From Vitrella brassicaformis CCMP3155 (taxonomy: Eukaryota > Protista > Chromerida), in assembly GCA_001179505.1 (NCBI GenBank), contig CDMY01000568.1:1-50515 (forward strand): DNA of 50,515 nt, in the 5' to 3' direction. Of the stretch, positions 1 through 10,493 are shown one piece after another. The position numbers and the translations under genes were made by a program. Under the pieces are notes generated by a model that was not told the DNA's origin, made no database searches, and worked only from the letters and a program-made list of their open reading frames with translations. Every line of letters starts with the position of its first letter. The first letter of the stretch is position 1.

Positions 1-59
1 TAGTAGCAAACCCTGATCGGACGCTTCTTGCCCACTGGGCGAGCCACAGCAAAAACGTC

Positions 60-395
60 AGGCCCAGTTGCATTGGAGTGCGTGTATATCATGGATGTCT
101 ATGTGCGCATACCTGCGAATACCTGTGCATGCACGTTTGGACTTGGAGTGCGTGTATATCATGAATGTCTGTATGCGCACCACCTGCGTATACACGTGTG
201 GACTTGGAGTGCGTGTATATGATGAATATCCGTGTGCGCGCAGCTCTGCGTGCATATGATTAATGTCTTTGTACGAACAATACCCATACCTGCGCATACC
301 TGCGCATGCACGTGTGGACTTGGAGTGCGTGTACATCATGAATGTCTCTGTGCGCACACCTGCGCATGCACGTGTGGACTTGGAGTGCGTGTGGC
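60..395. repeat. Degenerate minisatellite, five copies of a core TTGGAGTGCGTGT in ~60-70 bp units
   Basis: The core starts at about 73, 143, 204, 320 and 380. The intervening sequence is also similar between units (TGCGCATGCACGTGTGGAC). Confidence 0.85.
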
Positions 396-1069
396 GGGCG
401 TCCAAAAGATGAGTCACCGACTTGAGATGTTCCCTGTGGTCGTCGTATGCACCCTGCCATACAAACGGGAGTCCACACGCAGCTGCTCTTGGTCTGTGCG
501 CACCTCATGCGATGACGCTGCGCCGATGACGTCTTCTTCCGCAGCTTTCAAGTTCCATAGTGCGGGGCTGCCCACTCAGCTGCCTTCTTCTTCATCATTG
601 CTCACAGAGGCGCCAAATCCCCTGCTGCTCCCAGTCTGTGTGACTGGGCGATCTGCACTGGCTGGCCACCTGGGGATGGGCGGTATCTACGTATGGAGTC
701 ATGGTGCAGGACGCACGCACGCACGCCGCCTTCAAGCTGCTGCTGGGGTGGCGTGTGTGCGACGTTGTGTGCCTTCTTGTATGTGGCCGTCGTTCGCAGC
801 GCATTGCATATCCTCCTGTTTGCAGCATCTGCCCTCTGCGTGCTGCGTGTATCGTGTCCGGGTTGCATGTTAGGGTGCGTGTTTTCATGTTGGACAGACC
901 GACAGGGGACTTGGCCGTCAGGCCACCTAGGGTGCTCCCTGAAACCGCTGGTGCTTGCCGGCGAGATTGTCGCGAGAAAGGCGTGAAGTGAGTGCGTTTG
1001 AAGGAAGGGGGACGACCAGACCAGGTGCCTCTCCTCTGTCGGCAAAGGTTTAGAGTGTTGGCGTGAAGG

Positions 1070-1969
1070 ATGTCTGTAGCTCGTAAGAGGCTGACGCAGG
1101 AGCGTGCCGAGTGGCGTAAGGACCACCCGCATGGCTTCGTGGCCAAGTTTGCGCGTGCCGAGGAGGGCGAGAACAAGGGCCAGCAGGACTGCCTCAAGTG
1201 GGAGTGCCGCATCCCCGGCAAGAAGGACACGCTGTGGGGCGACGCCACGTACCCCCTCACCATGGAGTTCACCGACGAGTACCCCGGCAAACCGCCCAAG
1301 TGCAAGTTTCCGCAGGGATTCTTCCACCCCAAGCAAGCCACCAAGAGACCGCACCGCCTCACACAGCACACAGAGAGAGGAGGAGGGAGGGAGGGAGGGA
1401 GGCACAGAGAGGCACGATAAGACGCACGCGCATCACATGGCATGTGTCCGGTTGCTGTGGTGGTGTGTGTGTGCAGCGTGTATCCGTCCGGAACGGTGTG
1501 TTTGTCGATTTTGAATGAGGACGAGGACTGGAAGCCGTCCATCACCATCAAGCAGGTGCTACTCGGTGAGTCAATATATAACACATTCCTGCGCACAGGT
1601 AACGCCACGTCACGCCAGGCAGACAGACAGGCAGACAGAGAGGGAGGGAGGGACTGAGGGCGCATCATCCACACGACTCACCCATGCACTTCGGGCCCAT
1701 GCACAGCTCCCTCTCCCTCGTTCTCTCCCCCACCTCAGCCTCGCCTCAACTGCCCTTTTACTCTTTCTCGCTCCCTCTCACGTGTCTGTGCGTGTCTGTG
1801 CTGTCCTGTGTGCCTTTCTTTGTTTGGTGCAGGTATCCAGGATTTGCTGGACAACCCCAACCCGCAGTCGCCCGCCCAGGGAGAGCCATACATGCTGTAC
1901 CAGCAGAACAAGGAGGAGTACAACAGAAAGGTCAAGGAGCAGGCCGACAGCTACAGAAACCAGTCATAG
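1070..1969 (+). CDS. UBC9: SUMO-conjugating enzyme E2; exons 1070-1332, 1477-1565, 1833-1969
   Basis: Spliced protein [23 protein letters not shown]...[18 protein letters not shown]|[29 protein letters not shown]|[16 protein letters not shown]. It carries the Ubc9 signature and the active-site Cys. Intron 1 is GC-AG and intron 2 is GT-AG. Confidence 0.95.
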
Positions 1970-2894
1970 ATACGCTAGACCACACACACAGACACACGGG
2001 GGGAGGGGCGGGAGTGGGGCGAGCACCCGCAGGGAGCCAGCTGTAGAATTGTTGACGGGCGATGGTGGACGGACTTTGTGTGGGCGGACACACGTGTGTG
2101 TGTGAGGGGGCTCGTTTGGGAGGAGATTTTGGTGTGATTGGTGGTGGTGGTGTCAGTCTGTGCGCTCGTGCGTGAGAGTGATGGTGTCTACTGGATCGTG
2201 TGCAGAGGAAGAGGGTGTCCTGTGGATGCCTGGATGCGATGCCTGGATGTATGGCGTCCTGTGACCCCACTCTCTCTCTCTTCCTGGTGTGAATATGAGT
2301 GAAAGAAAGCGTGCATCTGGCTGACGAGAGGAGAGGATTCCCTCCCCCTCTGTGGTGTGGTGTGGTCGATCGACTCGACTATCCATCGTGCCCTGCATGC
2401 ACTGAGTATGTTTGACTGCACGTGTGCGTGCGTCCATGTCGGTGACTCTCTCCCTCTATGAATGTGGAGTGAAATACATCAAACGACGAGTTCCGTTTCC
2501 CCGCGAGCTTGGGGCCCCAGCCCGCCAAGGAGGGGAGAAGCCGACAGCCAGTTCAGGTGACCGTAGCAGGGCCCAGTGCTTTCTCATGAGTGCAGATCGA
2601 TGAAGCGTGGCTTCCTCTTGCCAAAAGACAAGCAAAGGATTCCGGTTCGGAATCAACACGATGAAGCCTCTCCGTCATCGACGGCTGCCGTCTTTCGAGT
2701 AACAGTGGAATACACGGAAAGCCTCACGGCGCATGACTTCTGCACTACTCTTTGGCGGCATATGGATTTTGTTGAATGACAGGCCATTCGCCTCCAGCAT
2801 TGGGGCGGCATTGCTTTAGTAGGCATCCATCGACAAAAAAAGGTCTCACCAAGCGTAGCAGTGTTCCTTTCGTCTCTGATGATTATGTCTGCAG

Positions 2895-5800
2895 CCTCGA
2901 GAGCTTCACGTCGGCGTCTATGCGTTTGTCACTCCCGTGTGGTGTCTCAAGCCACCGCTGCCCTCCCCACTCAGTGGGGCCGTCCTCCAGCACCACACCG
3001 AGCTCGTCATCGACTCCAGCAACACACGACAACGGAGATTTTGGGGTTCCATGACCCCGCAGACGGCATACGAGCTGGGCAAACAGATGATCAACCTTAA
3101 GTGTCTCATCCACCGCTTCCCCCAGACACCTGATGGGGCAGAAGGGATTGCGGCTGGCCACCATTATGTCGCAAATGGATGGTGCCGTGGGCTCGTCATT
3201 GCACTGGTGGAGGGCCATGTGGCGGGACGGCAGGCAGCGCGCGAGAAGGAGAGGCCGGGGACAACGATGGCCGTGGGATCGCTCAGGTCACTGACCTTCA
3301 AAGCAGTGGTGCTTCCAGGCAGCGGACCGCGGGAGATCGCTCAACTGGCCGACATCAATTCTAACCCTCCTGCTGCCGCCCCATCGCAATCCATCAGCCT
3401 CCCAGCCCTCACAGATGTCAAAGGGGTCAGACGTGGCCACGTCGTGATCGAAGGGCGGGGATGGTCCATGCCGGCTGTCGAGCGGGTGATCGTACGGTAT
3501 CCGGGGGCCGAGCTCCCGGACATCAGGCCGTTCGTCGCCACGACGAGGTCCCTTATCGATCTGTTTGTGGTTCTAGTGCCGCCATCGCAGCTGGCCGAGC
3601 TGCTGGAACTCATCCCAGTGGGGCAGCAGGGTGGTCCGGGGCCTCTCGCGAGGTTTCAGAACATGAACTACATCAAACTCTACGAGATCGAATCGATCGC
3701 CATCTGCCGAGACGGCCTCTCGCGGCTTCAGGCAAGCGAATAAGAAGCAAGGGGCGTAGGACAGGAGAACCCGGAGAAGAGGAAATGGCATTCATGCCTT
3801 TGTTGTGCTCTGCATTCAGAAGTGTTTGGTGGATCGCGGCTGCTTGAAGTCTCTCCGCTTCCTGCGCATAGAGGTGCATCGCAGCGACTGCCATTGGCTC
3901 CTCCTTAACGACTACGCGACGTTCAAGGCCCTCGCCTCGCTCATCGACGCGACCTGCTCCCCGTTGAGCGAGGTCAAGTGTTATGTTTGCCCCTCTGGTG
4001 GAGAGATCCGAGACATCCCACTCACCCATTTGCTGGCGTACACCCGCTTCGGCAAACTGCCTGACTGTGGTCCCCAGCTCCTCAGTGCTTTGCTAACTTG
4101 CTATAACGTGAGGATGAAGCCTCAACGGAGGCCTCCCGGCTCTCCTTCTGTTGAGAGCTGCATTCAGGGGACACCACCTTCGGCATACCACTATGCCTGG
4201 ACCGTCACCCAAGACCAAGTGACCAGGCCATACAACGGGCCTATCGACAAGAGCTTGGTGGGCAACCTGTCGCTTGGAGCTTGTGGCGTTCCGAGTAGTA
4301 GCGGATTTAGCATGTCCATCGAATGCGAGCAGGGGTGGACCCCGCTGGCCGACGCCATTCCGCCCGAGCCTCCCGAGTTCAAAGCGTTCAAGGCCGACGG
4401 CCTTGTGCGAGTGAAAAGTCTGACCGTCAAGAGCCGCATCGGCTTGGGGGTGGCAAAGATGCTGCTGAGGAGAGGCCCGGAACTCGAGGATATGCAGCTG
4501 ATGGATATGGCTCCATCGGATGTACTGAGCCTCCTGAGGTGCGCCTTTGTGTGGAAGACGCCAGAGAAACTGGCACTCGAGCGGCTGCATCAAGAGGGTG
4601 GGTGGCAGACGGAGATTTCACTGGGTATCCAGCAGAGGTTCCAAAAGGTCAAGACGCTGTGCGTCAAGGGAGAGGTTGCTGCATGCTTTGCGGCAGCCAC
4701 AATGCCTCACATGTCAGCCATCCGTGAGTTCACCATATGCGCCAACGAGACAGAGGCGCGCCAGGCTCTCGTCAATGGAAGTGGTGCGACGATCCCCCGG
4801 CTGAGTCTGGGTGGGGCATCTGACGGCCGCCAGGACTTGATCAAGGCTGAGGACGAGAGGGATGGCCTCACACTGGGCGATTGGAAGGACGAACTGCCAC
4901 ACATCAACACCCTAGTCATGCACCTCGACGGTAATTGGCAAAGCTGTCGAGAAGAACAATGCGCCACTTGACGTACCTGTGTGCCGTATCTCGCTGGTCT
5001 CAGTGCCGTCTGCCGATGTGGTCGACCCAGGCGTTTTCATTCTGTCGAGCATCTGGTCGGTTCTCGAGATTGAGTCGATCTCCGTGCTGAGGCTCGTCCT
5101 GCCTCATCGATCCCATCTCGATGCCCTCAACAAAGCCATTGAGCGACGTTTCTCTGAGATAGAAGGGAATGTCTATTCAGTGGAGGAAATGCTCTGTCTC
5201 AAAATTGGCATCCCAGCGGTAATGGAAAGGCCGCAATGATGTTGGTGGTGGTGCTCATGTAGAAGGCACTATCTGCTTTCCTTTATTGTGTCTCCGTTGA
5301 TCAGTTGCGCAAGGCTGCCTTTGCACACTCAGTGCGTCCAAGACTAGCGCACCAGGGACTCGCTTCGATGTTTGAGCGCTACTTGCCTTCCCATCCGCTC
5401 TATGTATCAGCCGAGGCGCTCGCCATCGACTTTGCCGGCCGCGTGCGTGCCGCTCTACCAATGACTGTGATCGACCCCCCATATGCGCCTCAACGTCTGA
5501 AGGCGCCACTCATGGCGGCAATGGAGAGACACGGCCTGGCGATGGAGCCCATCATGCGGCTGCATGGTGATGGGCCGTGCCTCCCCAGCCCCTCTGTGAT
5601 CGCATCCGCCAGTCAGCTTATGGCCGTGCTGCAAAAGACGGGCAAGCAAATCGCAGACATCGAACCGCTCTATGAGTGAGACACTCAACAAATCCTCGTC
5701 CACCTGGGTTATGTTATACTCGTCTTGTTCTCCTCTCCTTTGTACTTCACCACAGGGCCTCTGTGCACGGGTTTGCGTATACGGACATGCACGATTGTGT

Positions 5801-6206
5801 TGGTGATGCGAGCTGCCTGCTCTTCCTCGTCCGTGCCAATGGAGACGCGCACGGCTTCTTCATCGACGCCAGCCTACTTCCGCCCCCACTTGATCACCTC
5901 AAGCAGTATGCTGCGGATGTCCTGATCTTCAAGGCGTCCGGCGCTTCGCAGCCCACCTTCCAGTCACCCTCAGTAACGTCACAGTGTGTTACCGTCTTGA
6001 AAGCCGATGCGACCTCGCCCCTGAGAGCGAAAGTCGTGCTCGGTCAGTGCCATGTGGAGAAATGGGAGGGGTTTTTGGGGCTGTGGGCGCCTAGCCCATC
6101 GGTGTTGGCGGCAGGTGTGGGATGTATGGTCCGGGTGAGATGGGAAGGGGCGGTGAGATCGATTCCTGCCGATGAGATTGAGGTGCTGCGCTTGGTGGTC
6201 TCATGA
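2895..6206 (+). CDS. Lineage-specific large protein with a C-terminal TLDc-like domain (copy A; 5' exon not resolved); exons 2895-3731, 3820-4930, 5004-5218, 5305-5675, 5756-6206
   Basis: The exons join in frame, and the same splice positions occur in the inverted paralog. The last exons give PLYE|ASVHGFAYTDMHDCVGDASCLLFLVRANG...DEIEVLRL*, resembling the TLDc consensus LLYRASRDGF...EIEVF. Confidence 0.7.
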
Positions 6207-6227
6207 ATGAGACGGTCATCGGGTCGT

Positions 6228-6417
6228 GCACGTGATGTGATGTGATGTGATATGATGTGTTGTCAAACATGGCGTGTTGGGCAATTGTGTTGGGGCGTCA
6301 CATTGCATTATCATACCAGTCAAATGCATTAAAGAAACGCTCTCCAAGTAGCAGTGGGTGGATGACTGAGTGAGAGACGCGAAGTGGCTGGACTGACTGA
6401 CTGACTGACAACCGATG

Positions 6418-6449
<32 letters not shown>

Positions 6450-6460
6450 GCGAGACGGAC
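6228..6460. repeat. Microsatellite cluster (GATGT)n, (GACT)n, (GACA)n in the spacer between the convergent paralogs
   Basis: Tandem 4-5 bp units are directly visible. Confidence 0.85.
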
Positions 6461-7005
6461 AGACAGAGGACATTCCATCCACTCATGCCATGCATTGAAG
6501 CTGAGGGTATCGGTCGGCAATTTCCGACTTGGATGGGAGGAATGCAGACAGAAAAAAAGACAGCCGTGTGGGTGTGCATCAATCTGACACACACGCAAGA
6601 GCACAGACACAAACACACAGCCACGCACTTCTTCCAAGAGTCCCGAGGCCATCGGTATGTAAGAGAAGCGATAGGGGAGGAGACTGCAGGCCACCATTCA
6701 CCTGCGTCTGGAGCTCCTCGGAAACGTTCTGAAGCGATAAGGGATTCAACGTTTCAATGCTCACGTGAATGTCTCCACACATCAATCTTACAACCACCGC
6801 AGCCACGGCCCATGTGAGAAAGATATGGTAGTGTATCCATTTGTTGAAGGGCGAACTACGACATTGACGCGCAAGCCCGAAAAAGCAGCAGTTTCGAAAA
6901 AGTCGCCATGCACCAGGCCACGGCCTTCTTGAAATGAATAATGCATCTGACAAAAGAGGATCCAATTGCACTACCACATCACATCACTTCACCCGGCCGC
7001 CCCGC

Positions 7006-10000
7006 TCACAATCCCGCCTGCAACACTAGCAGCACTTCTATCTCATCGGCGACCATGGATTTCACCCTCCCTTCCTCAGCTATGACTTCCACCCGGCATT
7101 GTCCTGCCGCTGACGCTGCCGGGTCGAGTGCCCACAGTCTCAGCCCCCGCCCCTTGAGGCCCACGATCAGCTTCGCGACTTGGTCCACGCCATTGGGCTC
7201 GATGTCCCTTCGCAGCACAGAGACACACTGCGGCGTCGTTAAGGGTGACTGGAAGGTGGGCAGGGAGAGGCCAGCTGTCTTGAAAACGAGGGCAGCCACC
7301 TCATAGTCGTTGGAGACGCGCGCAGTTGGTAGCTGAGGGGGCGGCAGGACGCTGGCGTCGATGAAGCAGCCACTAAGATTTCTATTGGCCCGCACGAGGA
7401 ACAGCAGGCAGCTGGCATCACCCACACGATCGAGCATGTCGGTGTACGCAAACCCGTGCACAGTGGCTCTGCAGTCAATCAAGCACGCCAAGGAGACGAG
7501 AACAAGAGAAGAGCATCATAGGCTGAAGCTATTGACGGTTTATTTGGGGTCTCTTACTTGTGGAGCAGCTCAATGCCTGTGATCTGTATGCCTGTCGTCT
7601 GCAGCACAGCCATCAGCTGAGCGGCGGATGCGGTCACAGAGGGGCTGGGGATGCACGGCCCATCGCCATGCAGCCGCTTCATGGGCTCCATCACCAGGCC
7701 GTGTCTCTGAATCACCGCCATGAGTGGTGCCTTCAGCCGCCGAGGCGCATACGGCGGGTCGACCACAGTCATGGGTGCAGCGGCACGGATGCGGCCGGCG
7801 AAGTCGATGGCGAGCGCATCGGCTGCGATGTTGGCATCGTGTGAGGGAAGATACTGTTTGAGCATTGACGACAGGCGATTCACGGTGTCCCTCAGACTGG
7901 TGATCATTGCAAGCCTCCGGTGGGGGGCTCCTGCTGACAGAAGTACCTCAAGAACGTCGGCGGCCGACGAGTGGACAAAGGCCGCCATGCGCAACTGATC
8001 AGCAGAGACACAATGAAGGAAAGAAGATAGCACTTTCTAAATGAGCACCACAACGAACATCATTGCGGCCTTTCCCTTACTGCTGCGATGTGTTGGCTCG
8101 TCATGAACAGATGCAGTATTCCGTCCACTGAATACACATATATAAATTTCCCCTCTATCTCGGTGCGGCCTCTGAAGCGTCTCTCAATTGCTTTGTTGAG
8201 GGCATCCAGATGGGAGTGTTGGGGCAGGGCGACTGTCAGCTGGGAAATGGACTCAATCTCGAGAAGCGACCAGATGCTCGACAGAATGAAGACGCCTGGA
8301 TCGACCACATCGGCAGACGGCACTGAGACAAGGGAAACACGGAGACAGAGAGCCGTAATCTGATCAGCGAGTGGACATACTCTTCACTCCTTCGGTACTT
8401 ACCGTCTAAGTACATGTCAAGCTTCTTGATGTGGGGCATTTGGTCCTTGTGATCGCCCAGTGTGATGCCCTCCCTCTCATCCTCGGCCTTGATTATCTCA
8501 CGGCTAGTCTCAGACACATAGCCCAGATGCAGCCAGCCGATCGTCCCACCACCTCCGTTGACGAGAGCCTGGCGCGCCTCTCTTTCGCTGCCGCAGATGG
8601 TGAAGTCACAGATGGCTGACATGTGGAGACGTGTGGCTGCCGCAAGCAGTGCAGCAACCTCTCCCCCGAGCAGCATCTTGACTTTCTGCATCCTCTGCTG
8701 GATACCCAGTGAAATCTCCCCCCGCCAGCTATCCCCCTCTTGACTCAGCCGCTCGAGTGTGAGCCTTTCGGGCATTTTCCAAGGACGAATAGACCTCAGA
8801 ATGTCCAACACGTCTGTAACGGCCATGTCCATCAGCTGCAGGCTCTGAAGATTCGGCCCCCTTCTCAACAGCAGTTTGGCGACTCCCAGCCCGATGCGGC
8901 TCTTGACGGTCAGACTCTTCACTCGAACAAGGCCGTCGGCCTTGAACGCTTTGAACTCGGGAGGCTCAGGTGGAATGGCGTCGGCCGGCGGGGTCCAGCC
9001 CTGCTCGCATTCGATGGACATGCTGATTCCCCCAGCCGGACCGCCACAATCTTCGAGCATAAGATTGTCCACCAAGCTCTTGTCGATAGGCCCGTTGTAT
9101 GGCCTGGCCACTTGGTCTTGGGTGACGGTCCAGGCATAGTGGTATGCCGAAGGTGGTGTCCCCTGGATGCAGCTCTCAACAGAAGGAGAGCCGGGAGGCC
9201 TCTGTTGAGGCTTCATCCTCACGTTGTAGCAAGTTAGCAAAGCACTGAGGAGCTGGGGACCACAGCCAGGCACTTTGCCGAAGCGGGTGTACCCCAGCAG
9301 ATGGGTGAGTGGGATGTCTCGGATCTCTCCACCAGAGGGGCAAACATAACAGTTGACCGCGCCCGATGGTGAGCAGGTCGCGTCGATGAGTGAGGCGAGG
9401 GCCTTGAACGTCGCGTAGTTGTTGAGGAGGAGCCAATGGCAATCGCTGCGACGCATCTTTAGGTGCAAGTAGCTGATGGACTTTGAGCAGCCGCGATCCA
9501 GCAAACACTTCTGAAAGCAGATCGCAATCGAGGCAGAAGCATGTCGACGACATAGCCTCCGCCCCGCTTATTTCCGTGCTCTTTCCCTTTCTGTGTGACC
9601 TGCAAGTCCCGGAGGCCGTCTTTGATGTCGGTCGATTCGATCTCGTAGAGCTTGATGGTAGGAATCCTCCGAAGGTTTGCGAGAGGGCCCGGAATTCCCT
9701 GCTGTCGCACAGGAGTGGACTCCAGCAACTCAGCCGCTGCGATGGTATCACTTCCGTAATCGCAGGCAGCTCTAGATGTGCAAGGGACTGCGTCGTGGCG
9801 ATGAAGGGCTTGATGTGCGCTAAGCCGGCGGATATTGAAAGAACACGCTCGACAGCCGGCATGGACCATCCCCGCCCCTCGATCACGCAGTGGACACTTC
9901 TGACCCCTTTGACATCTGTGAGGGCTAGGAGGCTGATGGATTGCGATGGGGCGGCAGCAGGAGGGGTAGGATTGATGGTGGCCAATTGATTGATCTCCGG

Positions 10001-10435
10001 CCGTCCGCTGTCTGGAAGCACCACGGCTTCGAAGGTCAGTAGCCTGAGCGATCCCTCGGCCATCGTGGTCGCCGGCCTCTCCTTCTCGCGCGCCGCCTGC
10101 CGTCCCGCCACATGGCCCTCCACCAGTGCAATGACGAGCCCACGGCACCATCCATTTGCGACAAAACGGCGGCCAGCCGAAACCCCTTCTGCCCCATCAG
10201 GTGTCTGCGGGCAGCGGTGGATGAGACACTTAAGGTTAATCATCTGTTTGCCCAGCTCGTATGCCGTCTGCGGGGTCATGGCAGACCAGAAGATTCTCTC
10301 CCGTGTGTTGGAGGAGTCGATGACGAGCTCGGTGTAGTGCTCGAGCACGGCCCCACTGAGTGGGGAGGGCAGTGGTGGCTTCAGACACCACACGGGAGTG
10401 ACAAACGCATACACGCCAAGATGAAGCTCCCGAGG
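7006..10435 (-). pseudogene. Inverted paralog (copy B) with a 1-nt deletion near 9735; exons 10435-9600, 9510-8403, 8322-8081, 7994-7558, 7468-7006
   Basis: Long near-identical peptides match copy A (e.g. QGTPPSAYHYAWTVTQDQV). Homology to A switches frame at CCATCGCAGC-GGCTGAG, versus CCATCGCAGCTGGCCGAG in A. Confidence 0.7.
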
Positions 10436-10493
10436 CTGCACAGTGCAAGGAAGGGCAGCGGACAGTTTCTGGTGCTGAGCCCTTTGTTTGTCG

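Noticed and set aside
60-395. CRISPR-like array
   Set aside because: The sequences between cores resemble each other rather than being unique spacers, spacing is irregular, no cas genes are present, and the context is eukaryotic.
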